A DNA stretch of 64,000 nt from a bacterium. GTDB lineage: Bacteria; Auribacterota; JABMQX01. The notes beneath the pieces are model-generated. The model was not told where the DNA came from, did not search any database, and was given only the letters and a program-made list of their open reading frames with translations. The first letter of the stretch is position 1. The number at the start of each line of letters is the position of its first letter. This document shows positions 58,204-64,000 of this stretch, piece by piece. A program made the translations under genes and the position numbers. The stretch covers positions 67,553-131,552 of the forward strand of contig JAUYEE010000330.1 of NCBI GenBank assembly GCA_030691545.1. Reading direction: 5' to 3'.

Positions 58204-58485
58204 TCAGCACGTGACCAAGCAGCACCGTTGTCCCTCCACGCTGTCGGCCTGCCGCTGCCACCAAGTGTAGATTTTCCGGAGCATTCGATCCGCAGCCGAC
58301 AATCTGAGTGATGGCGCCAACACGACGGTTCTTGCCGCAGCGTCCAAAACTACAGAGCATTGTCCCACATCGGCAACAATGACCTCCACTCCCAACGAGC
58401 CAAACTGCTCCTGCCAATTCCTCATCCAACTTCTGACGTTCATCTCTTCTCTCCAGCTCTCCTGCGCTCTTTTTCGGAATAACAT
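58204..58485 (-). CDS. candidate small protein (93 aa) in AT-richer intergenic region
   Basis: ATG 58485 preceded by GAGAAAGGA plus 6 nt. Non-biased composition (W-rich N-terminus, C-terminal CCLVTC). The overlapping 57977..58429(-) ORF is compositionally junk-like. Confidence 0.3.
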   Translation of the reverse strand: MLFRKRAQESWREEMNVRSWMRNWQEQFGSLGVEVIVADVGQCSVVLDAAARTVVLAPSLRLSAADRMLRKIYTWWQRQADSVEGQRCCLVTC

Positions 58486-58844
58486 CTGAGGTCCTTTCTC
58501 GTATATGTGACTCAGTGTTTTGCTCGTTTGTTCCTTGTTTTCATAAACCTATATGCTGTTCTGTCGGCATTTCTTCGCGCAATCGAGACGTCTTTTCGCC
58601 AGAGCTCTGTTAGAGTGATTGCGACTGCCGATGCATGCCGGTGAGGGCAGCGGTCAGGGGGAGGCAATCTGCGTCCATCCGCGTTCATCTGCCGTTTTGT
58701 TCCGCAGGAGCGGACGGAACCGCGAAAGGTGCCGGACTTGTTGGACTTGTCTTGTGCGAGGACTATCGGTATAAAGAGACGGTGAAACGTTCCCGCGGGA
58801 AAAGCGGTTTAGAGAATGAATGGCATGGAAGCGGAGCACCGAGA

Positions 58845-61004
58845 ATGTGGAAGCGATTCGGCAGGAGTTTGTTTGGCTGTGCATGCGGAGGTTTGTTCGT
58901 GAATATGGCGTTCGGAGCTGACGTGGCAAGGACAGGCGATATGTTCCCTGAGAAACCGCCGGAGACGCGGAGGGATGACGTGAGGGAGGTCATGCACGGC
59001 GTCGAGGTCAGCGACCCGTACCGCTGGCTCGAAGACCGAACTTCCCCGGAGACAGAGGCATGGATCAAGGCACAGAATGAATATACAGAAGCCGTCCTTC
59101 ATTCGCTGCCCCGAAGGGAGGAAGTGAAGCAACGGCTCACCGAATTGATGAAGGTTGATTCGGTTGGACTGCCCTGGGTGAGAAATGGGCGGTATTTCCT
59201 CGTGAAAAGAGACCGTGAGCAGGAGCTGTCGGTCATCTCAGTCAGGAATGGGCTTCGAGGAAAAGAAGAAGTGCTGCTTGACCCGCATCCGCTCAGCCCG
59301 GATCACACCACGAGCGTCGGATTACTCGACGTCTCCGACGACGGCACGTTGATGGCCTACAGTGTCCGAGAAGGTGGGCAGGACGAGGTGACCGTCAAGT
59401 TTTTTGACGCGGAGAGGAAGGAGATTTTGCCAGAGAGTCTCCCGAAAGCCCGTTACTTCGATTGTTGCCTGGCGCCCGACAAACGCGGAGCCTACTACTC
59501 GCGGCACGGAGAAGAAGGGACGCGAATTTACTATCACGCGTTCACGAATGCAGGCGGGGACGCCTGCGCTACGATGGGGAAGGGACGCGAGGGCGACCGG
59601 CAAATCTTCGGGGAGGGCTACGGCCCGGACAAGGGAATAAGCGTTGACCTGTCCGACGATGGGCGATACTTGCTCATGACCGTGTGGCACGGTTCCGCGG
59701 CCGAGAAAACGGAGGTCTATTTTCAGGACCTCGCCGAAGGCGGCCCCATCGTTCCAGTGGCGAACGATATTGACGCGCGGTTCGCAGGGGAGATCGGAGG
59801 CGAATCTCTCTTCCTTCACACGAACTGGAAGGCGCCAAAGGGACGTATCCTCCGGATTGACCTGAGAAAGCCCGCGCGCGAGAACTGGCGGGAGATTGTC
59901 CCCGAAACCGATGCGGTCATTGATGGATTCTCCTTAGGAGGCGGGAGGCTTTTCGTCAACTACCTCGAGAATGTGAAGTCACGAGTCCGCGTGTTCGAGG
60001 CAGACGGTCGCCGCGTGGAGGACATTGCGTTTCCGGCGATGGGAAGCATCTCGGGAATCGGAGGGAGGTGGGCGAGCGATGAAGCGTTTTTCATGTTCTC
60101 GTCTTTTCACATTCCGTCCACGATCTACCGATACGAGTTGCCCAGCGGGAGGCAGGAAGTCTGGTGGCGGTTGCAGGTCCCCATGGACAGCGACTCCCTT
60201 GAGATCGAACAGGTCTGGTACAAGTCAAAGGATGGGACGAGGGTGCCGATGTTCCTTGTTCACGGGAAGGGTCTTCACCGAAATGGCTCGAACCCGGCGC
60301 TCCTGACCGGCTACGGGGGCTTCAACGCGACGCTGACGCCGTGGTTCTCGCCCATTGCCGCGATCTGGGCGGAGAGCGGAGGGGTCTTTGCTGTGGCAAA
60401 CTTGCGGGGAGGCGGAGAGTTCGGCGAGGAGTGGCATCGGGCCGGCATGCGAGAGAACAAGCAGAACGTCTTCGACGACTTTCTCGCGGCTGCCGAATGG
60501 CTTATCGCTAATGGCTACACGCGCCCGGAGAAGCTCGCAATCTCCGGCGGTAGCAACGGGGGTCTTCTCGTTGGAGCCGCCCTGGCCCAGCGGCCGGAGT
60601 TCTTTCGCGCGGTTGTGTGCACATATCCCCTCCTCGATATGGTCCGTTACCACAAGTTCCTCCTTGCGCGATTCTGGGTACCTGAGTATGGTTCGTCAGA
60701 GGACTCCGAGCAATTCAAATACCTCCATGCTTACTCTCCCTACCATCGCGTACAGAAAGGTACGAAATACCCCGCAGTTCTTTTCATCACCGGCGACGAA
60801 GACACTCGCGTGGACCCACTTCACGCCAGGAAAATGACGGCTCGTCTCCAGGCTTCGACCGCTTCTAACAGGCCAATCCTCCTTCAGTATGAGACAAAAG
60901 CAGGACATTCCGGCGGACGCCCCCTCAGTAAACAAATCGAAGACCTGACCGACGAATTAGTTTTCCTGTTCTATCAGCTTGGCGTGAACCCTGCCGTCCG
61001 TTAA
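58845..61004 (+). CDS. prolyl oligopeptidase (S9A family), secreted
   Basis: N-terminal beta-propeller; catalytic GGSNGGLLVGA Ser plus Asp/His; signal peptide MWKRFGRSLFGCACGGLFVNMAFGA. Confidence 0.9.
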   Translation: MWKRFGRSLFGCACGGLFVNMAFGADVARTGDMFPEKPPETRRDDVREVMHGVEVSDPYRWLEDRTSPETEAWIKAQNEYTEAVLHSLPRREEVKQRLTELMKVDSVGLPWVRNGRYFLVKRDREQELSVISVRNGLRGKEEVLLDPHPLSPDHTTSVGLLDVSDDGTLMAYSVREGGQDEVTVKFFDAERKEILPESLPKARYFDCCLAPDKRGAYYSRHGEEGTRIYYHAFTNAGGDACATMGKGREGDRQIFGEGYGPDKGISVDLSDDGRYLLMTVWHGSAAEKTEVYFQDLAEGGPIVPVANDIDARFAGEIGGESLFLHTNWKAPKGRILRIDLRKPARENWREIVPETDAVIDGFSLGGGRLFVNYLENVKSRVRVFEADGRRVEDIAFPAMGSISGIGGRWASDEAFFMFSSFHIPSTIYRYELPSGRQEVWWRLQVPMDSDSLEIEQVWYKSKDGTRVPMFLVHGKGLHRNGSNPALLTGYGGFNATLTPWFSPIAAIWAESGGVFAVANLRGGGEFGEEWHRAGMRENKQNVFDDFLAAAEWLIANGYTRPEKLAISGGSNGGLLVGAALAQRPEFFRAVVCTYPLLDMVRYHKFLLARFWVPEYGSSEDSEQFKYLHAYSPYHRVQKGTKYPAVLFITGDEDTRVDPLHARKMTARLQASTASNRPILLQYETKAGHSGGRPLSKQIEDLTDELVFLFYQLGVNPAVR

Positions 61005-61011
61005 GCTTCGC

Positions 61012-61070
61012 GCCCTTCGTGTCCTTCGTGGTGAATATACGCCCGAGTCCGACCACGAAGAGCGCGAAGG
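61012..61070 (-). repeat. periodic repeat copy A (core gcccttcgtgtccttcgtggtgaaTatacgCccg plus ..tccgaccacgaagagcgcgaagg)
   Basis: Copies at 61316-61374 (same orientation) and 61580-61650 (inverted); cores 33-35/35 identical; ~300-bp spacing. Confidence 0.7.
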
Positions 61071-61315
61071 CCACGGAGGTGGATACATGCGGCCGTGCTT
61101 CGTGCTCCTCGCCTGCCCGCCTGCCCGTGGGCGCGCGCGACGGTCGGAGCGGGACCGCGGGACCGTCCGCGCTCCTGGGCGGCGTCTGCCCGAACGGCCA
61201 GGGTTCCCGCGCACAGGCTTCGGACCCCGCGCCTCCCACCGTGCGCGCCCTTGCCCCCATCAGGGCGAACGACTTGCCACGAAGAACACGAAGGGGGATA
61301 TATCTTGTGCTCCAC

Positions 61316-61374
61316 GCCCTTCGTGTCCTTCGTGGTGAACATACGGCCGGATCCAACCACCGAATCCGAAATCG
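61316..61374 (-). repeat. periodic repeat copy B
   Basis: gcccttcgtgtccttcgtggtgaacatacggccgg + atccaaccaccgaatccgaaatcg. Confidence 0.7.
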
Positions 61375-61579
61375 TGGGCGCAGTATCGTACTTTCTGGCA
61401 GCCGTGGGAAGGTAATCGTGCACAAAAATGTCCCGCGGCGCGGACTCGAGCGAATGTGTGCGCACCTCATCTCGTTGCGGACCAGATAGATATGGAAATC
61501 GTGTCCTTTGCAGGACGCCTGGCACAAATCTTGAGTAAACCTCCCGCAATGTTTCCCGGCCACAGGCCGCCCCTGTTCC

Positions 61580-61650
61580 GCTCTTCGCGGTCTTCGTGTT
61601 CTTCGTGGTTGGAGCCCGGCCGTATGTTCACCACGAAGGACACGAAGGGC
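61580..61650 (+). repeat. periodic repeat copy C (inverted relative to A/B)
   Basis: gctcttcgcggtcttcgtgttcttcgtggttggagcccggccgtatgttcaccacgaaggacacgaagggc. Confidence 0.7.
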
Positions 61651-61695
61651 AGGAAGCTTGCCGATAAAACCAGTCAAGTATGGAGGCGTTTTCGG

Positions 61696-63672
61696 ATGCA
61701 AGGCGAAGCCGACGCGGAAGTTCGGTGCAGGGATGAGTTTATGGACGCGCAATCGAGGTGCGGAGCACCAAGGACTACGGAGAAGCGAGGAAAGGAAGAT
61801 GACTTTGTAGCGGCGGAGCGCGGCCTTCTCCACACGGCCGTAGATAACGTACCAGACCATATTTACATCAAGGACGCCGAAGGTCGTTTCGTTCTCGCCA
61901 ACGCTTCGCTCGCGCGCCACATGGGTATCCGGTCACCTCAAGAACTTGTCGGAAGAACGAATTTTGAGTTTTATCCGCCGGACCTCGCGGCCAAATTCGA
62001 TGCCGATGAACGAGGAGTCATCAACTCCGGACTGCCGCGCATTAATCAAGAAGAAGTCGGTGTGGACAGATTTGGCAATAGGATGTGGTTCCTCAGTACG
62101 AAGGTCCCCCTGAGGAATGCCGACGGAAGAATCGTCGGAATCGTCGGCAGCAGCCGGGACATCACGGAACAAAAGAGAATCGAAGAAGCACTTCGAGATT
62201 CGGAGGCCCTGTATCACTCCCTTGTGGAAAGTATCCCGCTAAACGTCTTTCGCAAAGACCTGGATGGAAGATTCACCTTCTGCAATCGCCGGTTCTGCGA
62301 GGTGCTGGGCCGGCCACCTAACGAAATCTTAGGCAAGACCGACTGGGACTTCTTTCCAAAAGAGCTCGCCGAGAAGTACCGAAAGGACGACAGGAAGGTT
62401 ATCGAAACCGGGCAGGTGTTTGAGGACATTGAGGAACATCGCAAGTCCCGCCAAGGGCGGGACGAGACGATCTACGTTCAGGTTTTCAAGACGCCCGTCT
62501 GGAACTCCAGAGGCGAGGTCATCGGAACCCAGGGTCTGTTCTGGGACGTGACGGAGCGAAAGCGGACAGAGGATGCTCTGGCGCAAGAGAAGTATCTCAT
62601 AGACAGCCTCATGGACAATCTCCCCGATAGCATTTACTTCAAGGATAAGGAGAGCCGGTTCACCAAAATCAATAGAGCCCTCGCGAGATGTTTTGGCCTC
62701 GCCGACCCATCGGAAGCGCTTGGGAAGACGGACTTCGACTTCTTCACCGAGGAGCATGCCCGACCAGCTTTCGAGGACGAGCAGGAGGTGATGCGGACCG
62801 GATGCCCCATCGTCGCAAAAGAGGAAAAGGAAACGTGGGCGGATGGGCGGGTGAAATGGGCATCCACGACCAAGATGCCTCTCCGGGACAAGGACGGGAA
62901 AATCATCGGCACGTTTGGCGCCTCGAGGGACATCACTGACCGGAAGGAGGCTCTGGACGCCCTTCAGCAGAAAACCGAAGAGCTGGCACGCTCCAACACG
63001 GAGCTGGAGCAGTTCGCGTACGTCGCCTCGCACGATTTGCAGGAACCGCTTCGGATGGTGGCGAGCTACGCACAGCTCCTTTCAAAGCGATACAAAGGCA
63101 ATCTCGACGCGGACGCGGACGATTTCATCGGTTACATTGTGGATGGGGCGACCCGAATGCAGACCCTCATCAACGACCTGTTGTTGTACTCGCGGGTCGG
63201 CACTCGGGGCAAACCGTTTCGGGAAACCGACTGTGAGGCTGTCCTGAGATGCGTTCTGACGAACCTCCAGGTGGCGATTCATGAGAGCGGAGCCCTCGTG
63301 ACCCACGACCGACTCCCTACCGTGATGGCCGACCGGTCCCAACTCGAGCAGCTTTTCCAGAACCTCATCGGCAACGCGATCAAGTTCCACGGTCCGGAGG
63401 CGCCCCGAGTCCACATATCGGCCGTAGAAACCGCCGCTGAATGGCTCTTCTCGGTGCGAGATAACGGCATCGGCATCGAACCGGAGTACCACGACCGCAT
63501 CTTCGTGATTTTCCAGCGCCTCCACAACCGAACAGAGTACCCCGGAACCGGCATCGGGCTGGCCGTCTGCAAGAAGATTGTGGAACGCCACGGCGGCCGC
63601 ATCTGGCTTGAGTCGCAGCAGGGGAAAGGTTCGACCTTTTACTTCACAATTCCATTTAGAGGAGACCTATAG
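61696..63672 (+). CDS. multi-PAS sensor histidine kinase (HisKA + HATPase_c)
   Basis: Four PAS/PAC units. H-box [16 protein letters not shown]1 (DNGIGI), G2 (GTGIGL). ATG 61696 with GGAGG RBS; the upstream ORF extension runs through the repeat array. Confidence 0.85.
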   Translation: MQGEADAEVRCRDEFMDAQSRCGAPRTTEKRGKEDDFVAAERGLLHTAVDNVPDHIYIKDAEGRFVLANASLARHMGIRSPQELVGRTNFEFYPPDLAAKFDADERGVINSGLPRINQEEVGVDRFGNRMWFLSTKVPLRNADGRIVGIVGSSRDITEQKRIEEALRDSEALYHSLVESIPLNVFRKDLDGRFTFCNRRFCEVLGRPPNEILGKTDWDFFPKELAEKYRKDDRKVIETGQVFEDIEEHRKSRQGRDETIYVQVFKTPVWNSRGEVIGTQGLFWDVTERKRTEDALAQEKYLIDSLMDNLPDSIYFKDKESRFTKINRALARCFGLADPSEALGKTDFDFFTEEHARPAFEDEQEVMRTGCPIVAKEEKETWADGRVKWASTTKMPLRDKDGKIIGTFGASRDITDRKEALDALQQKTEELARSNTELEQFAYVASHDLQEPLRMVASYAQLLSKRYKGNLDADADDFIGYIVDGATRMQTLINDLLLYSRVGTRGKPFRETDCEAVLRCVLTNLQVAIHESGALVTHDRLPTVMADRSQLEQLFQNLIGNAIKFHGPEAPRVHISAVETAAEWLFSVRDNGIGIEPEYHDRIFVIFQRLHNRTEYPGTGIGLAVCKKIVERHGGRIWLESQQGKGSTFYFTIPFRGDL

Positions 63673-63675
63673 GTA

Positions 63676-64000
63676 TGGAAGCGGCGAGCTTCGGCAAACC
63701 CATCGAGATTCTGCTTGTCGAGGACAATGAGGGCGACGTGCGCCTCACCACGGAAGCCCTGAAGGAGAACAAAGTCTGCAATAACCTCAGCGTCGTCGGA
63801 GATGGAGTCGAGGCCATGCACTTCCTTCGCCAGCAAGGGAAGCACGCGGGGGCCCCTCGCCCGGACCTCATCCTGCTGGACCTGAATCTGCCGAAAAAAG
63901 ACGGACGCGAAGTCCTGGCGGAGATCAAGTCCGACGAAGAGCTTAGGCGCATCCCGGTGGTGATCCTCACCACATCAAAGGCGGAAGAGGACGTCATCCG
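63676..64000 (+). CDS. response regulator receiver domain protein (3' end outside window)
   Basis: ATG 63676 lies 4 nt after the kinase stop. Sequence [13 protein letters not shown]...[15 protein letters not shown]...PVVILTTS matches the CheY-like REC domain. Open to the window end, so absent from the ORF track. Confidence 0.8.

Noticed and set aside
61005-61695. CRISPR array
   Set aside because: The repeats are in mixed orientation, spaced ~300 bp apart, and there are no cas genes. No other regularly spaced direct repeats were found in the window.
60925-61920. Overlapping ORFs containing [10 protein letters not shown] three times
   Set aside because: The peptide repetition comes from the 35-bp DNA repeat core translated in one frame. 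No RBS or domain; the region is intergenic.
1-64000. tRNA, rRNA, tmRNA or RNase P genes
   Set aside because: Scanning by eye for T-loop (GGTTCGAATCC-like) and anticodon-stem patterns in all intergenic regions found none. tRNAscan-SE or Infernal should be run to confirm.

Overview
High-GC (above 60% by eye) bacterial chromosomal window, forward strand; gene content suggests a PVC-group-like free-living heterotroph. I found no rRNA, tRNA, CRISPR array, transposase or integrase. About 45 protein-coding genes are supported. Housekeeping genes: purB 3' end, gmd, recQ, accD, gatB, coaB, cinA, eda, an hldE-kinase-like gene. Carbohydrate metabolism: a very large multi-domain GH2, a GH32, a BNR/sialidase-like protein, an rbsBAC-like sugar ABC transporter, a Tat Gfo/Idh/MocA oxidoreductase, a sugar-phosphate isomerase, and an O-methyltransferase::DUF1080 fusion. 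Secreted hydrolases: M14 carboxypeptidase with PKD domain, a C10 (streptopain-like) peptidase fused to a beta-helix, a second beta-helix protein, a prolyl oligopeptidase, and a purple-acid-phosphatase-like protein fused to HEAT repeats. Polyamine genes: a deoxyhypusine-synthase-like gene with agmatinase. Regulation: an ECF sigma / ZAS anti-sigma / STN-domain operon, an orphan sigma-54 activator, and a PAS histidine kinase with response regulator. Points of note: (1) an island of visibly lower GC at 6.85-10.7 kb carrying a small basic ORF with its own promoter, a PD-(D/E)xK nuclease candidate and a DUF1156/COG1743 zinc-ribbon DNA methyltransferase, read as an R-M-like defence module; (2) three hypothetical genes (winged-helix-like, PH-like and an 83-aa ORF) directly downstream of the C10 protease; (3) at least five families of small structured or inverted repeats (REP/MITE-like) packed around gatB/accD, purB/gmd and elsewhere, plus a periodic 35-65 bp repeat array upstream of the PAS kinase; (4) several small genes below the 60-aa ORF-track cutoff that have strong ribosome-binding sites (Tat-signal Cys protein, 43-aa lipoprotein, 42-aa basic protein); (5) a roughly 70-aa C-terminal domain shared by three large secreted proteins. 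Many long ORFs antisense to real genes are GC-driven artefacts.
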